Source: Podarcis bocagei (taxonomy: Eukaryota). From it: DNA of 64,000 nucleotides. The notes under the pieces were generated by a model. The model was given only the letters and a program-made list of their open reading frames with translations, was not told the origin of the DNA and ran no database searches. The stretch lies in NCBI GenBank assembly GCA_964188305.1, contig OZ076889.1. One strand, written 5' to 3'. Made by a program: the position numbers and the translations under genes. This document shows, in pieces, positions 49,881 through 61,931 of the stretch; position 1 is the first letter of the stretch, and every line of letters starts with the position of its first letter.

Positions 49881-52800
49881 TCTTCAAACCAGTTTGTGCG
49901 TAAGAGCAGAGTTATGTTTCAATAAGACCCTATGCCAAACACCCACTTCTCCCACACTAGACATCAGAGGTGTCTAGTTTATATGCCACTTTCCCACGGT
50001 AAACTGTACAAAGTGGCTGCCAGTATTACTCAATTATAAAAAGGCAAAACATTTTTTGCCAAGGGTGCGTTGTCTACATGATTTAAGGTATATCAACAAT
50101 AAGGTACAGAAACTTGATTTAAAAATAAGAGCTGGGCTTTTCAGAATGCTGCAGTTTATATTCTGAGCTTATCTAGAATTTGCAAGTACATAGAGTCCTG
50201 TGTTTGCTCTATGCTATTACCAGATTCTAATTTATTGCAAAAACGAGTGATGATAAAAAGCAGAGTGATCATATTCCTCAAAGGAATCCTCGTGGAGGAG
50301 CATCCCTGGGGATAAGGGGAACACTTAGTGATTTGTGTAGATTAGGAAAAGAGACTACTAGGAGTTCCAACGGGGCAGCTACAATTGGCTTTGAAGCATG
50401 GAGGGGACAGGGATTTGGGAAGAGCAAATTATGTACAAGTACCAAAAGGAAAACTTGAGTAAGAGTAACTGGGATGAACACATCAGATGCTGCATCTCCA
50501 ATCTTAAGAAGCCTAATTGCAGTGAGTGAACAAGTTATCTGTTTCTGAATCTATTGGTGTGCTAAATCAAAAATATTGGGCGAAACTAAAGTTTAATAGG
50601 TGTAAAAAGTCACCATTATAGTCTAATGAAGTACATATTTTTATTGTCTCCATATGAAACGTAACTTGCAAGTTTTGAAACTCTAAATTTAAATTATTTA
50701 AATGCTAAAGATTTGACTTTTAACTTGGAACCATAGGCATTAAAATTTGTCTTTCTAGGAACCTGGTTTTATTGGACCACTGTTCTGCCATGTGGTTATT
50801 TAGTATGGGATGCCATGGTCAGAGTGCTAACTCAGTGTCAAAGGTTTGTGCTGTGCTGCTGCCACAAGCTGACCTTGGAACAAACATAGTTGTGTGTGTA
50901 ACTCTATGGGTTGTGTCCAATTGGTGTCCTTACAAAAAAGCTTTTACTGCTAAAGAAAGGCAAGGTAACAATCTTAGATTACAAAACATTTCTGTGGTTA
51001 AATATTCCTTTCTGAAAAGCAAGTTCTGTATAATTTTTCAGAAGTATAAACATTATAGTATAAACATCGAGATTATTGTGTTTATCTCCTATTGCTCTTG
51101 AACCTCTGTAAAGAACTATTTATAGTAAAGGCATAGTATTCTCTTCAACAGGAGTATTTATTCACTTATTTCAACTAAACCACATGAAATAGCCTAATCA
51201 CAAATGCAAACATTAGTGGCTCTTCATTTCAGGTCTTTTCTCAATCTGGCAATAAGTGCCATGCCATTCACAATGCTATCATACATATAGATACGCCGAC
51301 TCGATCGAGTGGACAGAACACTAGCTCACCATGAGTATTTTAAATTATCTGATGTGGTTGGACTCTGATCCCATCCAGTATGCTAAACATTAATGAATGC
51401 AAAGTTTTACTCCTACTGTAGTAGTTTACATGAACTCATTTGCTCAAGATAGCAGCACTTTGCAGAGGCAGCAGCAACAAAAGTCACAAAGATTGTTTAT
51501 CTTGGAATAACTAAAGTACATTGCTATATGCTGCATGACAGAAAGAACACACTAAACGTGAGTACATGATACCTAATGAATTTCTAGAAGAGCAGATCTC
51601 TCATTCAATCTTACTTCAGAGATATTTTACTTCAGAGGTATTTAAATATAATTCCTCTAATGAGAATAGGTTTCAGATGTCTTGTTTAGAGATTTTTAGC
51701 AAGTATGGTTTTCAGCTACCAAAATTACGGCCTGTATTTTAAGATGCTGCTTTAAAAATGATGACTGAAAATTGCATAATAACAAACAGTTCACACTACA
51801 TTCCTTCTGTTAATGAGTGTTATACTGTTCCTCATTCCAGCCATTGTCCAGATCTATTCCATTGTTAATAGAGGTTATTTTTCTTTTGAATGTGAGTTAT
51901 TTCACATGTGCATCTATATATCTAGATACCTTAGTTTCTATAGTTTAAATAGAACCTTGCAATTTCATTTTAAGGCAAATGTTTGTTTTCGAGGGAGGCA
52001 CTTATTTACAGAAAACACTTGTGAATATCATAATATGTTACAATCCTACAAGTTTCTTACTGAGCATGTGTTGAAATGCTAGGAAAGTTGTGGTCGATTG
52101 CGGCCACACATATACAGGTAGGAATGAAAGCTGATGTTACGATGCAAGAATGATGTTACAAGCAGAATTCTAAAGTGTTTCAGGTGAAATGATGCTAGGG
52201 GAGAGATGTAATAAAATCAGATGCTATTCTAACAAGTGCTCTTCTGAAACGTTCAGCTTAAGTATTTGTTTTGATGTGTTGTGGCCATTACTTCACACTG
52301 ATAATTCAACATATCTGATACAAGTATAATAAATGTTAGAATTGCTTGCATGATTTAGAAAGTGCATATTCTTTCTTTTCCTTAAAAAAAAACAACAGCT
52401 TGTATGCCTGAGCCTTATACTTGCTGTTTTGTATATGTGTTAGCTCATGTGTGCAATCTTTGAAGATGGATCTACTTTTGTTTTAAAAGTGTGAAAAACA
52501 TGTATTCGAAATAGCTTTCTTTTTGATATGTTTTCTCTCCTTAAGAGATTGTACCCTTTCCCTTTGGGCATGATTCATTGGGCATGATTCATTTGCATCA
52601 TGGGCACAGCCCATCTCTCCCTGTGTCTTGCAAGTTTATTGTGTCAAATCAATTTGTACAAAAATAAGGCACCTTCTTCATAAAACCAATATAAGTTTCT
52701 ATCACTTCTATAAGATAGTTTTAAACAACAAATATTGTTTGTCCATAATCTAGCCTAAATTGATCTTCTTTAATCTCTTTATTTTCATTAAAAAAAATTA

Positions 52801-52901
52801 CGCACATGTTTGGCTTACTGGATCATGTCTCTTGTTGAATTTTTGCAGCACAGCACCTGTTGCAAAAAATATAATTTATTGTGTTTTGTTCCTGATAACA
52901 G

Positions 52902-53382
52902 CACAGAAAGAGGAACGTAAGAATGAGGATAAGCCAGCTGAATCTTCAGTAGCATCAAAGAAAATGGTTGTGTCAACTACTGCAGCGTCTCAACCCACTT
53001 CTGCAATGTCTACCCAAAGCAGAAATCTGCCCTTAAAGAAACCCTCTACATTTACTAGTCCTAAGCATCCAATTAAATACTCTGCTGCAGGTTTCAAAGG
53101 GGTGATACCTAAGAAATCTTCACTTTCAACTGGTCCACCTACATCAAGCAATGTGTCATCATCAAAGCCTTCACCTTTGTCCTATGGTACATCCTCAGTT
53201 TATAAAAAAACAATTTCCTCTTCAAGCATTGGTGGAGGACTCAGGAAGCCCATGGTGTCCTCTGCTTCTTCAACAACTTCCTCAGCTACACAAGCAAAAT
53301 CTGCAAGTGCTAGTCAATCACAGCCTAACTCTCAAATTCGCCAAAATATACGAAGATCCCTTAAGGAGATATTGTGGAAAAG
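52902..53382 (+). CDS. DIDO1: DIDO1 exon (Ser/Thr-rich region, start of TFIIS-M)
   Basis: (S)QKEERK...QPNSQIRQNIRRSLKEILWK(R); 481 nt, phase 1/2. Confidence 0.94.
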
Positions 53383-53957
53383 GTAGGCACTAAGTGCACT
53401 TGCTCTGTGAAAATAATCTCTATAGTTTAGGATAATCATTAGATTTAATGCTGCGTGAACAGTGATATTCATCTCTTTTCACCTTTCATAGCACTTTAGA
53501 TAATGTATCTGAAATACGTTTAGTGCTAAAATAGTTGTGAATATTTTTGACTGAGAAGGAAATACCTTAGTAAATGTCAACATTTCTTGAAGGTTTTAAA
53601 CAAGAATAGAAGGCCCCAAAGGCAATCTTACTATCTTGAAAACTAGATTTTTTTTAAAAAACCATGGTATTCGCAAAACAGATAAGCACTGTCCAATATA
53701 AATGCATGTGCTCATCACCAGTTTCCCAAACTATCATTAGTACTTTAAGCAGCAGAACAATCCTCCTGAGTACATTATATTCAGAGGATGTTGCAGCAGT
53801 GGATAGTGGGAATCAAAGAAGGAAAATTCATCCTTGAATTAAGTAGGCCATTTTTGAGACTTGAAGATTCTTCCTGCATGTAGGTAGATCAAGTTACTTA
53901 GCAGTACTGTCATTTTTGACTCCCTTTTCTTTCTTTCCTAACTCTTTCTTTTGGCAG

Positions 53958-54117
53958 AGTAAATGATAGTGATGATCTGGCTATGACAGAGAGTGAGGTG
54001 GGAAAGATTGCACTGAACATTGAAAAGGAGATGTTTAATTTATTCCAGGCTACAGACAATCGGTATAAGAGTAAATATCGCAGCATTATGTTTAATCTGA
54101 AGGACCCTAAAAATCAG
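53958..54117 (+). CDS. DIDO1: DIDO1 exon (TFIIS-M domain)
   Basis: VNDSDDLAMTESEVGKIALNIEKEMFNLFQATDNRYKSKYRSIMFNLKDPKNQ; 160 nt. Confidence 0.95.
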
Positions 54118-54648
54118 GTTTGTATGAAAGCGAATGAATGACTTCTCTACAGCCTTTTTTTTTTAAGTGGACAGCCTTTGATTTGACTGCATCATTTATT
54201 TTATAGCTCTTTTTGTAAACTGCTTTGAGTTTTCTTTACAATCAAGAGGATTGTAAATTTTATTGGGGTAGGGGCTTTGGAAGCATGAATGGCTAAAACT
54301 AACAAGCTTGGGGCTTTTTGGTTTAGAAAAGAGGCAAGGGAATATGATAGAGATATATAAAATTCTGCATGTGGAGAAAATGCCTGTGGAACGCTCAGTC
54401 CCATCTATTGTTTGTGCCCATTTCTGATACAGACATGCTTCAAATTATGTTGTAGACTCTTAATATTTTGCTAACCTGGCAATATTTTTTTAAAAATGTA
54501 TTTTAAATATTTCATTCTATTTACACTTAAGACCTTTTAGAAGGAATTCATGAACTGGATGACAGCATTTACTTGCCTATTGGAAGATTCTCATTTGCTA
54601 GTTGTGTAAGTAGTTACTGCTCACCTCAAATCACTCCTCTCTCTTTAG

Positions 54649-54765
54649 GGACTTTTCCATCGTGTTCTTAGGGAAGACCTTCCTTTGTCAAGGCTTGTAA
54701 GAATGAAGCCAGAAGAACTCGTATCCAAAGAGCTATCTACATGGAAAGAAAAGCCAGCCAAAGCA
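54649..54765 (+). CDS. DIDO1: DIDO1 exon (TFIIS-M domain)
   Basis: GLFHRVLREDLPLSRLVRMKPEELVSKELSTWKEKPAKA; 117 nt. Confidence 0.94.
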
Positions 54766-54911
54766 GTAAGCAATAAATTTTTGAGGTGTTTATTATGTAA
54801 GGATGGTTGATGAGCAATTCCAGATGATGTGGTAATTGACTACAGATTAATGATTAAAGTCTAGATCACTGACTTTGTGTATGTATACAAATCGCATTAT
54901 TGTTTTCATAG

Positions 54912-55019
54912 GTAATGGCAGCTAGACGTAAATCTTTTGAAAACAAGAAGTCTGCTGTAAAACAAGAACCCATCCCAGATGCTAATATGGAAGATTCCCC
55001 ACCAGTGTCTGATTCAGAT
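54912..55019 (+). CDS. DIDO1: DIDO1 exon
   Basis: VMAARRKSFENKKSAVKQEPIPDANMEDSPPVSDSD; GTAAGT donor; 108 nt. Confidence 0.92.
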
Positions 55020-55278
55020 GTAAGTATAAGCCACTTAAGGCACTGGTTTACAATTAATTATATAGACCATTTACCAAAATTTAGTTATTTGCAAGAAGAT
55101 ATTGTATAATTTAAAATGTCATTTTTTAAGATCTCAATTATAGTTTATCTGCTTGCTTGCCTTTTTTTATTTTAGAGGGCACAATCCAGTAATGCTCTAT
55201 AGCAGCTTACCACACACGCTGCACAATTCCTGCAGTACTCTATACTTATTCTGAGGTACATGTACACAGTATTGTTTA

Positions 55279-55345
<67 letters not shown>

Positions 55346-55400
55346 TTGTATACTGCCCTTCATCCAAAGACCTCAGGGTGGTTCACGTCATAAAATACAG
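55279..55400 (-). repeat. (TAT)n microsatellite at an L2-like 3' tail
   Basis: About 22 TAT units at 55279-55345 followed by TATACTGCCCTTCATCCAAAGACCTCAGGGTGGTTCAC. Confidence 0.85.
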
Positions 55401-55990
55401 AATAAAACCACAACGAACATGATGAAAACAAGAATAAACCAAACCAATATCCCACCCACCACTGTACACTGTAGTACACTGCCTATTACCTGGAATGTTG
55501 CTTTGGCATGGTTCCTATTGCAAAGAGACCAATGATAAACAGGCAACCCCTTATTTGTGCATGGCTGTGTTTTGGGTCATTGTGCATGAGAGCGGAGCAC
55601 ACATAAGCTTGTTCCCACCCCGTTTTCCTGCCACTTCTGGGTCACCACAATGCACACGTGTGTGAATGTCAATTGTTTGTTGCGCGTACATTAATTAATT
55701 TGCCCAAAACAGGGGACCAGCACACTTTCTGTTTCCCCACTTGGGTGCTGACGAAACCTGTGGTGCCAGTAATGAATTTATGCAAACCTTATAAGGATCT
55801 CTTTCTGCATATGAGCTTGCACTTGTTGAAAGGTCAAGTTATGTTAGATTTTAGTAGTATCAATTGCTTTATTTTTTGGAGCTGTGGATGTTTGGTTTAA
55901 AATCTGTGCATATCTACAGGAATTTGCATGTGTATAGTTGAAATGAGCCTGATACCAGCAAATCATACCATTGCCTCAATTCCTTTTTAG

Positions 55991-56126
55991 GAGCAGCAAG
56001 AGGCAGATCGAGCAGCTCCTGAGAAAAGCAGCGCTCCAATTCTTGATGTTTTCAGCAGCATGTTACAGGACACAACAAGTCAACACCGAGCCCATCTTTT
56101 TGACCTGAACTGCAAAATCTGTACAG
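55991..56126 (+). CDS. DIDO1: DIDO1 exon
   Basis: EQQEADRAAPEKSSAPILDVFSSMLQDTTSQHRAHLFDLNCKICT(G); 136 nt. Confidence 0.95.
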
Positions 56127-56416
56127 GTATGCACAGGGATTACCAAGGCTGTGTGAACACCCACGTGGTAGAAATGCAAAGCAGAAATCTAAATTACCAT
56201 ATCAATTTTGTTCTGAGTAAACCCAAATCTGGCTGGAGCCTCAGTTATACAAATGGCCAGACTTTCTTCTTACAGTAAAATAAACTTTTTGCTTTTATAA
56301 ATTAAAACAGCAACAAGCAAGAAGTGATTTCCTGTCTCCAAGGGAAATATAGCACCATGTCCATGAAATGACACAGATTCACAATGTTACATGTTATGTT
56401 TTTTTTTACCATTTAG

Positions 56417-56963
56417 GTCAGATGTCAGCATCTGATGAAGAACCAGCTTCAAAGAAACTAAAATCGTCCTCTGTTAAGAAGGTGGAACCAAAGCCAGAAA
56501 TGAAGTCAAAATTTGAAAGCTCAACACCAACAGATGAAGTGGAGGCTGCAAAGGAAGAGGAAATGGAGACTGCTGCAGAACCTGTTGTTGAATCTGTAGC
56601 TGAAGTAGTTCCTCAGCCAAGCATAGAAAAAGCTTACATTCCTTTAACACAAGGACAAAGCAATCCATTATCTTCTCTACCCAATGAGAGCTCTCTCTAC
56701 CCCACATCTTATGCTGGCGGTGTTATCACTACTGTGACAGTCTCTGGGAAGGATCCCAGAACAGCCATGAGCACTTCGTCAACCTCTGCTTCTACTGTGA
56801 CCTCTGCATTGCATCCCACCCTGGCATCTGACAAAGGTTCTGTAGGGGAAAGTAAACCGGAAATATCCAGAAATACTGTAGCAGCTCCAAAATCAATATT
56901 AACGAAGCCATCATCATCATCGGACCCAAGATACTTGGCAGCTCAACCATCCCTAAATGTTAG
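56417..56963 (+). CDS. DIDO1: DIDO1 exon
   Basis: QMSASDEEPASKK...VITTVTVSGKDPRTA...PKSILTKPSSSSDPRYL; 547 nt, phase 1/2. Confidence 0.93.
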
Positions 56964-57887
56964 GTATGTGTGTGTCAGTCTGCAAGAGGGTCACTAGCCC
57001 TGTGCTATTGTGCAAAGGGGACCATGCAACCCAGTGGTGTGTATGTGTATCTAGGTGCAGGGGGAGCCTTCAAATTCCTTCTAAGGAAGGAAGCTTCCCA
57101 GAGTGAGTGGGGGGCAAGGTGGGTGGGCAAGTTAATGGGCATAGCTAGGTCCCCCCCCCAGTGGGTGGCTCCTTGCTGTCCCCCAAGTGTGCAAGGAGGA
57201 GAAAAGCTCAGATCAAACACCCTTGCTGCCATTGCTATGCAAGTACTCTGATGCTAAGTGACAGTGAGGGATCATTCTTTGCCTCTCCTCAAGATGTGAA
57301 GGAGGGATAACTTGTGCTAATCTCGCAGAAGCCACTAGGAGGAAAGGACAGCAAAGCCATGAACAGGAGGATTTTTTACCACTTCTGCATACTTTGAAGA
57401 TTTGCCAAGTCGTATTTTCTCATGTAGCACACTTCTCAACCTCTAGTAGCATTGATGCACAGGAGGAGCCAGTGTTTGTAAGAACTGGGGAACGTGGAGT
57501 CACACACTGCCTTCACTCAAGGCAGGTTTATGAACTTCAGTGTCTCTCCATGCTTGACCCACTCTTTCATGCAAAAGAGAATCGGTCACAAGTCTTACAA
57601 TATCAACTCAATCCCTAATAATAACAGGAATTCTATTCATGGGTTAGCAAATTAATGGTCCGTCTTTTGTGATCACTAGCCTTCCACCGAATGTGCTGGA
57701 AGTCTTAAAAATTGATTTCTAGCCCATTAATTTAATTTACTAAAAGTATATTTCATAAGATTTAGGATCAATTGATGTGGCATTTGAAAAATGTTGGGGT
57801 TGCCTGGGATGGAGGGGCATTTGTAGAGATACAATTTGTAGAGCCACTCTTGACACAATTCTCCCTCCTGGGTTTTCTGTTTTGCAG

Positions 57888-58041
57888 TATGTCGGAGATA
57901 CGGTCCCCTCAAGAAGGAGATACGTCTGTCTTTCTCTCTCGCCTTAACACCATATGGAAAGGCTTTATCAACATGCAAAGCGTGGCCAAGTTTGTCACCA
58001 AAGCTTACCCTGTCTCTGGATCCTTTGACTACCTCAGTGAG
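57888..58041 (+). CDS. DIDO1: DIDO1 exon (SPOC domain start)
   Basis: MSEIRSPQEGDTSVFLSRLNTIWKGFINMQSVAKFVTKAYPVSGSFDYLSE; 154 nt. Confidence 0.95.
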
Positions 58042-58550
58042 GTGCGACTTTGAAGTGCTTGTGCTTTCTGTGTAAACTATATCTAAAATCATATTTCTAA
58101 CTAAATTTGCTTTGCGGTAAGAGGTTAGCTATGTAATATGTTACTATGTTTACTCAACATGATAACTTGAAAGCTAAGCAAATTGACCTATTGACCTATT
58201 AACATTTTCAAATTTCATTTAGGTAAGAGTTTTAATAACTCACTGTTCAGACAGTGGACTGACTGCAAATAGTGTAGCAGTGTAGCATAAGAAATCGGAC
58301 ATAGATAATGTGTACACTGACTTGGCAACCATTTCATGCGGGGCTTCTGTTCCCAGCCCCTGCGTATGCGGAACACAGATAAGCAGCCCCTGCTCCATTA
58401 TGTCCCCATTCTGTCTTCTTCTGGGTCCAAAAAGACCATGTGTCAGTGATCATACGTCAATTGGATGCACCTAAAATGGTCACCACCTCTATTGTATCGG
58501 GCAGCAATTTATTTAAAAAATAATAAAATAGTATTGGTGATCTGTAAGTA

Positions 58551-58792
58551 CAATGGTACCTCGTGTTACGTACTGTCTCCCTTACGAATGCTTCGGGTAA
58601 CGCACTCTGCTAACCCGGAAATAGATGCCCCTTGTTGTGAACTTTGCCCTGGGATGTGAGCGGAAGTCACACTCCGGTGGCGCGGCAGCAGCGGGAGGCG
58701 CCATTAGCGAAAGCACGCCTCATGTTACAAGCGGTTTCTGGTTACGAATGGACCTCTGGAATGAATTAAGTTCGAAACTGGAGGTACCACTG
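58551..58792. mobile_element. Tc1/mariner-type MITE
   Basis: CAATGGTACCTC ... GAGGTACCACTG with TA flanks. Confidence 0.82.
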
Positions 58793-60243
58793 TAAGGGGA
58801 AAATAGGAGCACTGAAATGGCATGCTGGATATTCCATTAATACTTCATATCAGTAACTGATAAAGCACTGTTTATCATTCTCTGTTAATTACACTCTTGA
58901 TTTTCATTTTGGTCTGGTGGTGAGAAGCAGTGATCTGTAATAACTGAACACACAGTGAACAGTAACCAGGAAGTGTGACACTGTTAACTAAGTGATGATT
59001 GCCACTGTCATGGGATGCCTGCAATATTCAGTGAGCTCCCAGTTTCCTGTATTAAACCCCAAAAAGAAACATAGGAAGGAAGTTCAGTATAGTTTATTAT
59101 CAAGTGTCAAACCAACAACCGCAGACTGTTCATAAATTCCATTATTTGAGGAAAAGCCACCTTGGTTCTTGCATACATTCAAATAGATTTCACGTATTGC
59201 TCTGCATTGTTTGTGTAAGAACTGGTGGGAAGGTGGGGAGTAGAACAGTAGCTGAAACAGCTGTATATCTTTCCTGCCTTAGAGGAGGAAGATACTTCAG
59301 TGTATTCAACCTTTTTAACAAAAACCTACGTGTGCTCCTTTTATGGTCAATACAAACAGGGTGCTTGGAATTTTGATTCCTGTGCACCAACAAATTCTGT
59401 CAGTGGAATCAGTGTATCTTTCTTCCTGTGTTTTGAAGCAGGGATAGGAAGACGCCTAAACTTACGGATGTAAGAATAACCCTTTTTCCTCCTAGTTTGG
59501 AAAACAAGTATGTTACGATCTTAGGCTCAGTGGGCTATGAATATGATATAGTAGCAATGTTTATATGCTGAATTCTGAGACAAACTGTGGTTAATGCAAA
59601 CAAATAGAAATATGTTTGCCCCTTCAACTATAGATAAGACAGCTTTATAAATATAAACACATTGTGCCTCAACAGCATGTTTTAGTGACAATTAAATTTT
59701 TACTCTATGAAAATAGGCTAGGAATGTTTTGTCACAATTTTCAAAGCTACTTTTTGTAGCTTTAATGTGCAAAAGTATTACTTCTTTATGTAAAAGCTAT
59801 CTCTCACAGTGCTCAGATGTTACTGTCTGAGCCTAATATGAGAGGGAGTGAGCCTCAGGTTCTTAGCACACCAGCAGCCAGCCTTTCCAGCTCATTTTCC
59901 TTGTACAAAAAGTCATGTTTGACCCATACAAATACTGCGTTCATCAGTTCCCAAGATCTTGTGGCACCTATCCTCCTTGATGTAGACAGAACATGTAAAT
60001 AAAAGCAACATCCTACTACAGTGTCAGACATTTTTCTTCATTCCCAGATAAGAAACTATAGTAGGGGTACCCAAGGGTGAGATGTACTCCCTCTCATACC
60101 AGATTCAGAAAGGAACATATGAATGAGCTGTGGTTTGTGGAATTAAAAGGGGACTGTTTTCTGCTAGCAGTTTGAAAATCGAAGTGGAAGGATAAACAGA
60201 ATTGTGAACATAATGGCCATAGCTACAGTAAAATCACAGTATA

Positions 60244-60409
60244 CCGTATTTTTCCATGTATAAGACTAGGCTTTTTTTAAAAAAAAAAGTCAAAAATTAG
60301 GGGGCGTCTTATACACGGATAGTGCCAAGGGTGGACTGGTGATTGGTTGTTGCTGCAAAATTAGGGGGCTTCTTATATATGGGGGCGTCTTATAGATGGA
60401 AAAATATGG
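60244..60409. mobile_element. pogo/Tigger-like MITE
   Basis: TIR CCGTATTTTTCCATGTATAAGAC / GTCTTATAGATGGAAAAATATGG, TA TSD. Confidence 0.83.
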
Positions 60410-60534
60410 TAGCTTCTATTTATATTCTGTTTCTATTTACTTCCAGTAAATATTCTATTTACTGGAAGGTGTGGGGCAATATACTTTGCCCTCAAACTGC
60501 CCTCTTCTCACATTATGTAATGCTTCTTATCTAG

Positions 60535-60624
60535 GATTTACCTGATACAATTCATATTGGAGGGAGGATCTCACCGAAGACAGTATGGGATTATATTGGC
60601 AAACTGAAATCATCTGTGTCAAAG
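60535..60624 (+). CDS. DIDO1: DIDO1 exon (SPOC)
   Basis: DLPDTIHIGGRISPKTVWDYIGKLKSSVSK; 90 nt. Confidence 0.95.
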
Positions 60625-61369
60625 GTACTTTTTAAAAACCCTGTTTGGTAATGGTGAAAGAATTGAACTTTATTTGAAATAATAATTGTGGATGGGATCC
60701 AGTGAACTATATAACTAAGTTATTCTACCTAAGGGAGGAGGACACTGCTGGTTTGAATTTATGGTACAGCAGCAACTCCTAATGTTTTTCACACGTCTCT
60801 TTTGAAATGTGAAGGAGACTTCTTTTTTAAACATGGCATACAGGCCTATTCATCAAAATAAAAAGATAAAATTGCTCCTACCTAACCCACCTGCACCCCA
60901 GCACCAGTTTGGATTCTTGTCAGTAATTTGCACCTGAAATTATTTAAGATAAGCAAAATACAATAATGGCTTTTCCTGCTGGCTGTTACTTCCCTTCCAC
61001 ATACTCTCACCACTTCTTCCCTGCCCCAATCGGTTCTGTGTTAGTAACATTTCAATTTCCAGCACAGCATAAATTATCACTGACTTCCTATGAGCCATCA
61101 GAGTAAGAATCCTTACTAGATCTAACCCTAAAAGTGTTTTAATAAAAAAAATTCAGCAACCTTAAATAATGTAGAGTAAAATTATATTGATAATTTTACA
61201 TAATCTTTGCTTATTTGATGGCAGTGAAATAAGGCATTTTTTAAAGCTGCACCATCTTTTGGATCACCAATATAACTCCATATTTACTGCTGCAGACCCT
61301 GTAATGAGTGTCTGAGGCCCTTCTTCATGTGCTCCTCCAAGAGAGGTCCAGATAAGTGGCCACACAAGA

Positions 61370-61634
61370 GTGGGCCCTTTCTGCAGTGTCTCCCTGTTTG
61401 TGGAATGCCATCCCCAGGAAGGCTAACCTGGTGCCTTCATTACATATCTTTAAGTGCCAGGCAAAAACATTCCTCTTTTCCCAGGCCTTTGGCTAATTAT
61501 ACAATTTATGGCTTTTAAAACTGTATGTGGGAGGGGGGTGTTATTGCTTCCGTTTGTTATTATGGTATGTATTTTTGTAAACTACCTTGTGATCCTTAGA
61601 TGAAGAACGGTATAGAAATTGAATAAGAATAATT
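61370..61634 (+). mobile_element. L2 LINE 3' fragment
   Basis: TGTGGAATGCCATCCCC...TTCCTCTTTTCCCAGGCCTTT...GATGAAGAACGGTATAGAAAT plus AATAAG tail. Confidence 0.7.
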
Positions 61635-61735
61635 CTGAAATTATTACTTCAAAAGTGAAGTGATGCCATGTTGCCCTCACTTGCTATTTATTTAGCAATA
61701 GGTTGGTGTTTGTCCTTTATATTTTTGTATTATAG

Positions 61736-61931
61736 GAACTATGTTTGATCCGCTTCCATCCTGCGACAGAAGAAGAGGTGCCTTCCTACATTTCTCTGTA
61801 CTCCTATTTTAGCAGTCGTGGCCGATTTGGTGTTGTTGCTAATAACAACAGACATGTCAAGGACCTCTATTTGATTCCTCTCAGTGCAAAGGATCCTATT
61901 CCATCCAAACTTTTACCCTTTGAGGGACCAG
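61736..61931 (+). CDS. DIDO1: DIDO1 exon (SPOC); the long terminal exon lies beyond the window
   Basis: ELCLIRFHPATEEEVPSYISLYSYFSSRGRFGVVANNNRHVKDLYLIPLSAKDPIPSKLLPFEGP(G); CAG|GTAAGC. Confidence 0.96.

Noticed and set aside
55172-55535. Poly-Asn and poly-Leu ORFs
   Set aside because: Translations of a (TAT)n microsatellite
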